From the NCBI RefSeq assembly GCF_006345805.1, contig NC_043006.1:98704001-98768000 (forward strand): a stretch of DNA of 64,000 nucleotides. Reading direction: 5' to 3'. The notes below the pieces were generated by a model, which searched no databases, was not told the origin of the DNA, and saw nothing but the letters and a program-made list of their open reading frames with translations. The position numbers and the translations under genes were made by a program. Origin of the DNA: Octopus sinensis (lineage: Eukaryota). Positions 24,676 through 36,950 of this stretch are shown piece after piece (position 1 is the first letter of the stretch; each line of letters opens with the position of its first letter).

Positions 24676-26355
24676 TAAGGTACATGTCGATGTTGGAGAA
24701 GATGTAATAACAGAAATAGAATAAAAGAGAAAAATGTAATCCAGGTGTTTAAAGTTTGAAGAAATAATTTAGAAAAGCTGCTGTATTTACCAGCGGATCA
24801 CAGTTACACATTCGCTCCTTTCAGCGAAATCGTATGGGAAGCTATTAAAATGATTATAGGAATGAATGGATGGTGAGTACAAATTAACTACGTTAAACGG
24901 GAAAGAGAGGGATAATTATTGATCATATTAAAATTGACATATGATCAACAGTACACACGAAGCACAAACAGTGTTTGCTCAAAATACATACAGAGTGTTT
25001 TAAGATATACCCTCTCTAAACAAAATTGCTTTGTTCTAAGCTGTGTTTTGCTCTGTCAAAAATCGATTTAGAATGAATTTTGGTGTGATGTCTTTCTTGA
25101 GATGTAATAACTTTTAAATTTAATACCACTCCCTGAAAATACGAGAAAATTATGACAAAAAGAAAAACTATATTCAGTTCTAACAGAGAAGCACCAAGGG
25201 GGCATAAACGTCGTTGTTGTGAACTCACAAATGCTTCTATATACTGGTTAGTCTAATTTACATCAGATTAATCAACCTTTAATTAAAATTTACCTTTTCT
25301 TTCGTTAAAAATGAAATCATTCAATGTTATTATACTTCCTTCCATAAGCATAAAAGCAAGAAAAAATGACAAGAATAAAATTGTAATTTTTTTTTTTGCA
25401 TTGATCTCATCATTTAAAACTGCAGGTAAGTAAACGTAAATGATAGTGGTTAAGTAAAATCATAAAATTAACACTCCCTGTGAAAAGACAGGATTGTAAA
25501 ATCCGTTTAAGGAAAGCTGCATATACATACATATGCATTATATACATGTATACATGCATGCACACACACTTGTATACACAGACACATAAATGTACACACA
25601 TATATTTCTGTAGGCAAATATGTATACATATAGGCATGAGTATGTGTGCTTGTGTGTTTATAAATTAAATGACAAAAATATTTCTAAGACGAAATTCGAG
25701 GTCACGCGACGATTTTAGGAAGTATCTAACTGAACAAGACTACGGAAAATGAGCTGATGTCAAGTGTACCGACGCTCCTACTCATACAAACATGGACAGG
25801 AAACTATGATCTTCACGATTATAATGATGTATTGGTGATAACAAGCGTTACTATGTGAAGCTGTACGGTTATATGCATGTATATAAAATTATCTTCATGT
25901 AGAAATTCGTTCATACACTGCTGCATACTAATATCTCCAGAGTTACGATAATGATTTGTATAATACGTGACCGTCTGCCTTTTATCTCCATCGTTATATC
26001 CCATATTTGTGTGTGTGTGTGTGTCTCAGAAAGTCTATGAGGTTTACTTAATACAGTTTTTTTTAGTGTAAAGATGACTTTTTTAGAAAATTGTTTTTTT
26101 AAAAAAGTGTTATGAAATCTTTTTTAACGATGTTACTGACCTCTTTGGGAAGAATGTTTTTCTGGTGTGTGAACGCTTTCATTAAACATCCTCAAACACA
26201 CGTGCTCTTAAAGAGGAAGTTGTTAATATATATATATATGTATATATATATAATTAATCAATATAGGGTGGCAAAAAATTTTGTAGAATTTTTTTGCCAC
26301 CAGCGGCCTAGTGGGAAAAAATTAAATAGTCATAGACCATTTTTAAGTTCAACAT

Positions 26356-26584
26356 CAACAATCAAGGAACGGCCATAATAGGCCATTCACCCACTAGAAA
26401 TAACAGCCAAAGCTTCAACCGCAAATAAAAATCAATTCCGTAAACCAGGAGAAAATTTTAAAAAATTAAAAAAAATTTTTTTAATTTTCTCCTGGTTTAC
26501 GGAATTGATTTTTATTTGCGGTTGAAGCTTTGGCTGTTATTTCTAGTGGGTGAATGGCCTATTATGGCCGTTCCTTGATTGTTG
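26356..26584. repeat. Long inverted repeat: 102-bp identical arms with a 25-nt A/T-only spacer
   Basis: 26356-26457 is the exact reverse complement of 26483-26584 by eye; followed closely by (TA)n. Confidence 0.93.
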
Positions 26585-26585
26585 T

Positions 26586-26624
<39 letters not shown>

Positions 26625-27704
26625 TATATATATTTAGCAAACGCACCCATCCTTTGAACAGCTTACGATGATTTGGTGATATTTTTTCACGAAATAATCG
26701 AACTACCTATAAGGTTAATGAGTAGCACGTCAATCTATGTTTCCGATTAACCTAGGAACTAAAAATAAAATTGAAGGCCGGTTATTGCGGAGGTCATTGC
26801 ACTTCCATAGTGATAGAATATATAACTTTGCAACCGATGCAAAATAGAGCTATTGAAGAGCTTTGGGAGGAGATTACGGATAATGACTACAAAATATAGT
26901 TATTTTACATGAACGCAAAATTTCTTGTCAGAAACAGTCACATAAATTAAAGGAAGACGTTGAAACTTCCCCTCTGCGAGTTTATTTTATTCCATGGAAA
27001 TGAGATCTATTTTTCGAAGAGATATTCTAACAAAAGCCCCTTTATTCTGTCTTCTCACAGTCTATGTACAAACAAACAGCAAATGTCCCATAAAGTTACT
27101 TTGGTATGGAGCTTTCTGAAAGATACGTATAGCTTTCGCTAGTGGAAGCAAAGCTCTTATTTAAACGTTGATTATTTGGGACGAATCATATATCATTGTT
27201 TAAAAAGGGCTAGAACGACAATGTTAAAACGTATTTAAAACAATGGACAACAGTCGAAATATCATAATAGTTTGGTAAATAAGCATCCTTAAAGTGAATC
27301 AGTGGTATCAATGGTAAACAAAGATATCAACAAAGATAAGAGAGGGATGGGAACATACTTTTTCAGGTACCCCAGAAAAGGTAGAAGGTAAGCTTGCTAA
27401 AGTTCAATACTGCTTAAATATGTAGAGTAACATAAATTGGTATTCGTTACTCAACATGTACAGTATTCCTTGTCAATTGAATCACCGTCCATTTACGTCC
27501 ATCTACGCAGGTTCTCTGAGCAAAAAGTTATAATGCATGACAAACCTCGGGACATAAGTAAAGTGTGCGTAAAGTTTGGTGAAAATCGGTTGAGAATTGT
27601 GTATAATGCGTTAGTCATTATTCACACATACTGCGATTTATAATTACTATATGTGTGAGTGTGTGTGCTTGTGTGTGTATGTATATATATGTACGTATGT
27701 CTTT

Positions 27705-27751
27705 ACATATATATATGTATATGTGTGAATATACGTATGTGCATGTATGTC

Positions 27752-27782
<31 letters not shown>

Positions 27783-27812
27783 GTGTGAATATACGTATGT
27801 GCATGTATGTTT
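27705..27812. repeat. Two-copy ~60-bp tandem repeat within microsatellite-like DNA
   Basis: atgtatatgtgtgaatatacgtatgtgcatgtatgt recurs with a period of 60. Confidence 0.85.
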
Positions 27813-28984
27813 ATATACAAATATATACGGATATATATATATATACATATATATATATGTGTGTGTGTGTGTTTGTGTTTGTATGCGTGTGCATGCGTGT
27901 TTGCATCTATGTGTGTAAATGTATGGTATGTATATATTTCCTGCGAAGCACATACATATGTGCATACACACTCAATCTGTATGGGTATTTTACATGAAAG
28001 TCACCCATATGTAAGCCATTTTCGATATAATGTATAGATTTCATAGTTGTTTAGTTTCATGCCATCTCGGATGGAGAAAACCGTCAAGAAAGATAGTTAC
28101 AGAACTAACAACTCTCATTGTACTTCCTCATTCTGGCATAGTGCATATTCGACTACAACTTAACCAATATCTCCATCCCTTTCCTTAAAACGAAAATACA
28201 CATGAATGTTATTTTTCGCCTACCATTATTAGAGCGAATAGCCATGCAATTCTTTTCTCTCTGAAACGTTTATCTTTAACAATTAAATTTATGTGTTATT
28301 TATGATTTTATGCATAGAAGTTTATTTATAATGCATATATTTATAGCTTTTCCGTATGAAATATTCCATCGTTTAAATAGCAAGGTAAACATCATGTGAA
28401 TTGCAATTTTGAATACTAGATTACCATTTGGGTTAATAACTTACAAAAGTTTACTGGAATATTTATGCACTATTATTATTTGGGAAAAACTCCGGAGGAA
28501 TGGGGCAAATGTAATCAACAAGAATCTTAATCATATCTACGGCTAGATCTATTGCAAAATTCACGCAGCTGTGAGTGTTATTCGTCAGTAGAATGAGGTT
28601 ATTCATGTCTGCTAGATTTCCTTCCGTTTGGGTACTTCTGATAAAAAAAAAATCACAGAAAAATTCTGAGCCAAAATATATATTTCTTTCATGCATAACT
28701 CATAAGTAAAAATATTTGTACACCTCTGATAATATGGTAATAGCTCAATGCACATATTTATGTCTGAAATATATAAATATATATATATATATATATGTCG
28801 GGAGAGTTTTCGAAAAAGCAAAAGACGAAGTAAGGTAGTGTGCAAAACAAACGGATGTATTAGTATAACGCTGAGGAATAGAAAAAGGCTTTTACGCTTC
28901 GAGCCTACGCTCTTCTACAGAAAGGGACACAGAAAAAACAAGGAGGGAAAAAATGTGTGTAGTAGCTAACGATCTATCATGGCG

Positions 28985-29054
<70 letters not shown>

Positions 29055-29750
29055 TATATATATTGTTTGGTTTTTTCCAATTACTCTACCTCTTCATTAT
29101 TTACTTGTACTCGCTATAAGTGAAAACTAGTTCTGTATGGTCGCAAAGACAATTATTTTAGTGTTGCTATATTATTTTCTATCACTTTAACCTAATTCTA
29201 TTATATATTTTTCTAAACGGTTTCATAAATGTTATATGCAAATGTCCGAGAACACCCAAAAACTATGTTGTTTCTTCTTTTACTTCTCCATCGTGAGTTC
29301 TGTTGGAATTTTGAGTAATGTTGGCATGATACAGGGTAAAGAATTACCATGGGATTGCACCTGGAAAGTTGTCATCAAAGGCACAAGCCTGGGCATGATT
29401 GTTTATGGAAGACTATCAATCGCCCATTCATATCAGCCTCCCACTTCCACGACGCCGATGCTATCCAAAGGAATTTCCATAGGCTTACCATTTAGTGGTG
29501 CTTTGATAAATAAGTTTAAACCTCAAAAATGACCAATTAAAATGATTACAGAAATGAATGCAGCCTGTCTCGAAATTCAAAGTGTTAAATGTGGGACAGG
29601 CATCTAATTTTCGAGGATAATAAACGTATAAATAAACTTGAAAGTTCTCAGGAAGCCACAAAACGTTTTGCTCAGCTTTTGATATGCATGAAATGAAGCG
29701 CAACACGAAGTAAGATGAAAAAACGATTTTTATTTATAATATATCTATAT

Positions 29751-29934
29751 ACTCTTTACTCTTTTACTCTTTTACTTGTTTCAGTCATTTTACTGCGGCC
29801 ATGCTGGAGCACCGCCTTTAGTAAGCCCAGTATTTATTCTATCGGTCTATTTGCCGAACAGCTAAGTGACGGGGACGTAAATACACCAGCATCGGTTGTC
29901 AAGCAATGCCAGGGGGACAAACACAGACACACAA

Positions 29935-29979
<45 letters not shown>

Positions 29980-30141
29980 TACGACAGGCTTCTTTCAGTT
30001 TCCGTCTACCAAATCCACTCACAAGGCTTTGGTCGGCCCGGGTTATAGCAGAAGACACTTGCCCAAGATGCTACGCAGTGGGACTGAACCCGGAACCATG
30101 TGGTTGGTAAGCAAGCTACTTACCGCACAGCCTCTCCTGCG
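29751..30141 (-). mobile_element. SINE family A
   Basis: Reverse complement aligns head to tail. Confidence 0.92.
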
Positions 30142-30480
30142 TTATATATTTACGTTTTACCGATATTTGTCTGTATATGTATTTAGCCATGTACGAACGC
30201 CCATATGTTTAGTGTATATATGTATATAACGGCTGTTTGTTATGTATATGCATTGCTAAATGTATCTATATTTAAGGATGTTAGTTCTTTGTGAACGTTT
30301 TTTTGAAACGGATATATCTTTAAATTTATCATTTTTTACCACTAATTATTTATCCTGGTTATTCGTGTCTTATTTTCCTTCTGCAAAATGTATTTTTGAT
30401 TTGAGGTTTACTTCGATTTTTATAATAATGTCATTTTAAACCGTAATTGTAATTTTATGCAACCGGTTATTGAAAATACC

Positions 30481-30535
30481 GTTAGTTGAAAGGACCAATG
30501 AAACAAAACCATTTTTAAATGTGTATCTGTAAAAG
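30481..30535. repeat. Short dispersed repeat with an inverted homolog at ~50462..50516
   Basis: gttagttgaaaggaccaatgaaacaaaaccattttt versus the reverse complement of 50481-50516: 3 mismatches in 36 bp. Probably a transposon remnant. Confidence 0.55.
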
Positions 30536-30740
30536 TAATTCTATATTTATGCATATAACCTTATTTTGTTATTTTCTAAACAAAACTTTTCCACGAACGG
30601 TAATGTGAAACTCTGAGTAAGAGTTTTTGTGATATGCTTGCTGCTTGTTATAAAGCACAGTACTTTACCTCCGGTAATCGAGGACTATTTTTTCCACTTT
30701 GTTTCGCATTTATATGCATACTGTAGGAATAAATAAATAA

Positions 30741-30744
<4 letters not shown>

Positions 30745-30795
<51 letters not shown>

Positions 30796-30891
30796 TTTGT
30801 GTGTGTGTGTATACACATATATAAATAAATATATATATATGCGTTTGTGTGTGTGTATATATATATATATATAAATATATATACATCTGTT

Positions 30892-30930
<39 letters not shown>

Positions 30931-30945
30931 TATATATACACATAT
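30745..30945. repeat. (TA)n/(TG)n microsatellite block
   Basis: Directly visible. Confidence 0.93.
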
Positions 30946-31736
30946 ATATGCAGTTGTGTGCTTATATAAGTTTAAATATATATATATATGTATATATAAA
31001 TGTGTATGTGTGTGTGTGTGCGTATGTATGTAATATTTCGTCAGTCAGCTGTATATTCGAGAGTTAAGCGATATACATTCCGCTGACACATCCGGCAGAG
31101 GCAAATACGGATTGTATTATATTCACAGTTAGCATTATAAATATGACAAATTAGAATAACAATGAACGTATTCGTCAGCATGTATTATATGTTGATGTAA
31201 GTACAGGAACAGGTATTTACATTTGCCTGTTCATAAATATTCACTACGAGTTGAAAGCCCCACAGTGCGAAATCTTGAAGAGGTGTATGTGTGTGTGTGC
31301 ATGGGGGTCTTATTAAACGAAGCCATTATTTGTTTGCAGGCACCGCTACGAACTTCCACATTTGGAATAAAGAAGCCTCTGCTATGCCAGTCGCTTAACA
31401 ATTATGTACATTATTTCAATACAGATAAACGTAATACAATAGAAACATACGGTTCGGGAGCGTGCATTATGTATCGTTGTCGATTGACGTAAGTTGCATA
31501 GTTATATTCGAAAATCTGCACTACATATAGAAAGTGCTTGGATGGGAAAGCATAATCGTGCAACTTATATGGATAATATGCAGCGTGTATGATGTTCTCC
31601 CACCAATTTAAGCACACAAGAAATAGAAATATACGAGTTTATATCTAGATTTTTATTTCCAGAATATGCTACATTTCTGTTTGTTTTACATGAAGGTGCA
31701 TACGGATGTGCATATGTATACCTGTATAAATACACA

Positions 31737-32290
31737 GATGATGGCTGTCCCCTCATTATCGAGTATGGCCATTGCACGAGGCTTAACTGTTGTCGGTGCT
31801 GTGATCGAATGTGAAATTTTAGCCCAGCTAAAGATATACAATGTCTTGTACAGAATTGGCAGCTAGAAACTTTACCGGCAATTGCAGGCTGTGGTTGTAA
31901 CTGAGCAACATGTACCTTTGCATGTTGTTTAAGTGCTCCTGCCCAATTACACTCCCTTCTACATACCTGACAGATATGATTAGCATGGTGTGTATCACCA
32001 CCACCAGTGGCCTGGTTCTCGATCATCTTTCTCGTTTTATGACTACGAAGATGTATCTTGGGTCCAGCTTTACTGAGGTAGGGTCTTGCACAGACACTGC
32101 ATGTCAGCGTCATAGAAAGACCCTTACCATCAGAAAGTACAACCCGAGATTTCTCAAAAGTAGCTGCAGCCTCGTGCACAATCCTTCTCCACCTGCTTGC
32201 TACAGTCAATAGCTATGCCCTCACATGTGTCAGATGAGATGCAAACATCTTTTAAGAAAGCCTTCAACAAGTCCTTATACCTAATCTTGT
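31737..32290 (-). mobile_element. 3' end of an RTE-clade LINE with three C2H2 zinc fingers
   Basis: RYKDLLKAFLK..C.I....(fs)WRRIVHEAAATFEKSR is a typical RTE C-terminus. It is followed by CSVC-x12-HLRSH, CQVC-x12-HAKVH and CQFC-x12-HIRSQH in ORF 31565..32209. Confidence 0.82.
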
Positions 32291-32430
32291 GGGTTTGCCG
32301 TTTTATTGGATTTGAAAATCAGGATATTTTCCCCTTTCTGAGCCAGTCAGGCATTGTCTCTGGCTCTACTAGAATGTCAAAAAATTTTTGAGCCAGCCTT
32401 TTGTGTGTTCCTGTCGGATATTTTAACCAG
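32290..32430 (-). mobile_element. Fragment of an R4/Dong-type RT N-terminal region
   Basis: WLKYPTGTHKRLAQKF..IL.EPETMPDWLRKGK(fs)LIFKSNKTANP resembles the region just before NYRPITCL; preceded on its sense strand by (TAA/CAA)n at 32432-32505. Confidence 0.6.
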
Positions 32431-35031
32431 AATTTATTATTATTATTACTATTATCATTATTGTTATTATTATTATTGTTATTATTGTTGGTGTTGTTGT
32501 TGTTATTCAGCAGTCTTATTTTCATTATATGCTTTCAATGCACTACCGAGCGCAGTTGAGTGTGCCCTGGGTATGCTCTGGTTTGTTGGTGTGTTCTTAT
32601 TTACACTGTATTGAAAGTATTTTACGTAGGTCGTGTGCGCTGCTTTGTAGTGATATTTTCTGTGTACTATATATATATACTTGTAAGTCCTGGTGTTTCT
32701 GTTATGCATTTGTCTGAATGATCTTTTCTTTTATCACACCTATTGCGCCCTTATGATAGGAATTGTTTCTGTTTTTAGGCTCCACATTCGTGTTACCTCT
32801 ATTTCACTATCTTTGCATTTTGAAAGTTTCACCGTTTCTTTTAGAGAAAATTTGTCGTCTATTGATAGTGATACAACGATTAGGGCTGATATAAGACTGA
32901 AATATCACCGGCGCGAAGAAACGCATTTTGCCCAAGAACAAAACCTTCAAACTGATGCCTTGTCTGCTTGAAATAGAAGCCATGTACTTTCAAAATACAC
33001 TCTAACGACTTAATCGAGAACAGCTTCAATGAATGTGGGACCTAAAGCTATAATGATTGAATAAAGATTCTGGTTCAGCAGATTTATTGTCGTACTGTAG
33101 AAAACAGTAGAAGATAGTAAGCAAAATTGGTAACCAGTTCACAAATGCAGTACAAATTATTTATATGCGGCTGGATTAATGCTAAAATTTCTCGCTCAGT
33201 AAGAAAGTCCGCAGGACTCAATCTCAAGAAAGCAAGGGAAGCTTTTCTAAATATAAACATCAGAAATGGTGAATTGTACGATGTTTTAGTGCGATAGCAT
33301 TGAATATTTGGCATGATGGTTAGCAGATAAAATGATGGAGCTAGTACGGGAACAAATATATACTGCAATTGGGCTGACTAAGTGAATTACTGATATTTTG
33401 TTTTGGGAGATATCGAAGTTTAGTAGCGATCTCAGAAAAGAAGACTTTTTGGCGCTGGAGAAGTTTAAGATCACATTGCCTAGAAGCAAACAGCCATGTT
33501 GATAGAAATTGGGTCAATACTATCTAGTATTCAAATCTCATTAGCGCAGATCAGGAACTAAATTTGAAGATAAACCAGGTTTCCAAAGAGCACGTAAAAT
33601 AACCTAGTATTTGGAACTTCTTATGAATTGCTCTGCCTTTTTTAGGCCCGGATATTTAATCATTACCTAAACATTTTTGAATTTCATCTTTATTTCATTT
33701 CTCACCTTGTCTGATCATAATCAGCAAAATGTCTAAATTGTGTGCAACCGCTTATATAAATATGCATATTTCGTATATAATTACACTACTCTTGATTTCA
33801 CTTTCTACATACTTTTGAAGCGTGAGACGAAATCAGGGAGTGGACTATTCGTTTTCCTTTTCATAAACACAACCTTGTAATCCCAGCAGATATGTTTCCT
33901 TACCACTTGACCCTTCATTTCTCTGAGAAAGATACACTCGCGCCGTGTTTTCGAAAAAAGACGGTTACATAAAATTATCGGTTTTTCAATCAAACATCAA
34001 AACAACTATTTTCAAAACTACAGCAGTTAGCGTTTGTGTGCTGTAAACAGATTTTTGATCGTCGTCCAAGAACTGTCATTATGGCAGACAAAATATTTTG
34101 AACTAATCGGCTCACACCAACTAAGCAACCAGAACATCGATAATATAACACAAATGCTGTTTCTTTTCATGTCGAATAGAACAAGCTCATAACACAATTT
34201 CCTAAAGAATAACGGAGCAGGTATTTTCGGTACATAATTTAATGACGTTTGGAATATTTTTATCTTCACTCACACCTACTTAGATACTGTTATTTAGTGT
34301 TGCTATTCACACATCTTGCACCATAAAAAAATGTTGTATGTATGGTTTGTTTATATACATGTTTTCAATTATCGTACTATGTTATATGTAAACAAACGTG
34401 CTAATGATTAGCTGTCGTCTGACACTTAATCATATGTAGATGTTTTTTGAATATATTTATACTTCAAAATTAATATTTGGATTTCTTATACAGAACACAT
34501 AATGCAGGTAGCGCCGTGCGCTAGATGGCTTTCTTGCTTCACCATCACCGTTATTGGTTAGTCTTCAAACTTTCTACAGCTGGAAACCATAGCCTATCTG
34601 TAATATTGTGCGTAATAACATTCAATAATACCAAACTGGATAGAACACAAACATGCAATAAGTTACGAATTAAATATATTGCACATAGTGAATGTACCCA
34701 TAAAAGCAATATTTGTAAACGCTACTATGGCAAATAACTAGTGTATTGGTAATATACCGATGTATATCTCTCATAGGATCACTATGCATATACAAGAAGG
34801 CATTACAATTCGTACATGATTTAACATAAAAGAAAATACATTAGAAGCCGTTAACCGACAAGGTAAACATATAAAATCCGGGATAATTATTTACACAAAT
34901 TCCGTTTGTATATACTTCGTGCATCAAAGAAAAAGCAAAATCGCACTCCGAACGTTGCAAGAACTTGGAAAAGAGATTATAAAAGAGGATTAATGCCGGG
35001 AAATAACACTCTGACAACCGCAAAAAATGTT

Positions 35032-35191
35032 CTTCTTCTTCTAACCGCTCAGTCGAAGTCGACTCTCGGTCAATCGTTAGATCAGTGCCCTTCAGTCTGT
35101 TCTATCCTGGGCCGCTTCTTTCAGACTGGCTATGTCCATTCCAGTATCACTCTTGATGGTGTCAAGCCAGCGGGTTCTTGGTCGGCCTCTT
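35032..35191 (-). mobile_element. 5'-truncated RTE-clade LINE 3' end with an 11-bp TSD
   Basis: RGRPRTRWLDTIKSDTGMDIASLKEAAQDRTD*RALI*RLTESRLRLSG* followed by a (GAA)n tail; flanked by caaaaaatgtt at 35021-35031 and 35192-35202. Confidence 0.92.
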
Positions 35192-36689
35192 CAAAAAATG
35201 TTACGCGAATATAATTTTATGCGGATAAAATATTTTTTATGCAGGAACATAAATATATTTAAAAATAAAGTTTTATGCATATATGAACACACACACGTAG
35301 ACACACAAACACACACTCATATATGCCAGTGTAAAAATGGAATATAGAGGCCCCACATCTTAAAGGAGTGCTTTAGCAAGCTAGAAACACTAAAGAGTGA
35401 GGTAATACCTGCAGGCATACCGAAGTAGTGAAACCAGTATATACTAAAGAAATATTTATAAGGTGAATATAAATAGAAATTAACACTTATTGATGATTCC
35501 GTTAACGAGTGTAAATGAGTATGAGCTATTTCATGAACCACTGGTTGGGAATCGATGAGAAACCAAGCACTCTCTAGCTATGGGATAATTGAGTCAGCGA
35601 CGGTTTGTCATAAATTGCATGTCGTATATCATTATACACTTGGAATCATAGCACTATATTTTCATTTATCACATCTTCAAATGAAAGTAATTTTTTAGCA
35701 TGTTATATGCAAAGAAAATAAGAAACCAACAAACTACTACGTTTCGGTTGTTTGTATCACCAGATCACAGGTTTAACGAAATAAGTAAAACGGCTGAAGA
35801 AAGACGGAACGTAGCAAAGTTGTCACCTTGGTCTGCAGAAGAAAAATAACTGATTTCTTTCATTATATAACTCTGACATATATTACTGCTAAATAAAATA
35901 TATACTTTGCTACTTGCGAATGAGTACAATATATGTATTAACAGATACATTGATGCTACGTCAAAAATGGTATCATAAGATGATTTATATGTTATGAGTA
36001 CACATAGATGATTAGCTAGTCTACCACAGAAAATATTCCAAATTACGTTTCAGTATTCAAGAAGTACATAATAACAGACAGGAGTTAAGCTCCTCGATGC
36101 ACACATAATTGGCGAATCTGCATTTCTGTGTGTGTAATTTATACCTTTCTATATACTCAATAGCATAAGGGTATTACTATTGAATGTAAAATAACTGTGG
36201 TGCTGCTCGAGACTGCCGCGGATAACCTATTAGTAAGGGAAATACGGTGCAGATTACTATAACATCCAGGGTGAATACTCCATCAACTTATGCTACATAG
36301 TAGATTAAGAACTCAACGAAGAAGATGGTTTCAATGTGAAGGAAGTAGTTGAACTGACATAAACTGACTTAATTAATATGAAAAAACAGGTTTCGAAGTA
36401 AATCTTCCATATAACATATTAAACATATTCAAGCAAGTTAAGTGGAGTAGAGTTTCTTGAGAAGAATTACGACGGCAGTGTGGCAAAATATGTATATCAA
36501 AGTTTCGCAAACTGCTAATGCAGCTAATTGGATGTTTTATGTTTTATTGCGGCCACATTTCAAAACAGCAATTCGTATTTCCAATGTGCGCTCAATGACT
36601 CAAATATAAACAATAATAAATTTTGCAGTAAATTCGCGACATGTTAGCTTGCCTTTCAGCAATTTTTCGGTTCGGTCAACCGGTACACC

Positions 36690-36950
36690 AAGACTTCTAA
36701 TCTGCGGTTATAAGTTTCATGGAATGTGGAAAAAATTCAACCGTCTAAATGATACTCTCTGCGGATATAAAAGTGGGTGGCCGCTACAAAGTTATGAAGC
36801 TGGGAAGAAATAAGATCTTGAGGAACTTTTGAAGGATGAAAAAGCATACTAAAGACGTCAGGAATTCGTTGTTTTGTTATGTCAAGGCTGACTACAGCCT
36901 GAGAATTAGAGCCCTAAGAAGTGGGTTAGTGTGGATCCATGGAAAAAATG
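36690..36950 (+). mobile_element. Possible decayed mariner transposase N-terminal fragment
   Basis: SGWP...DLEELLKDE....QEF...L resembles mariner SGRP...ELEALLDED..TQEELA..L; many stops. Confidence 0.35.

Noticed and set aside
35745-35815. Further hammerhead-like strings (cctgtga...accgaaacgta; ctgaaga..ggaacgta), and similar strings near 44800 and 46430
   Set aside because: Core nucleotides are missing and stems cannot be formed convincingly.
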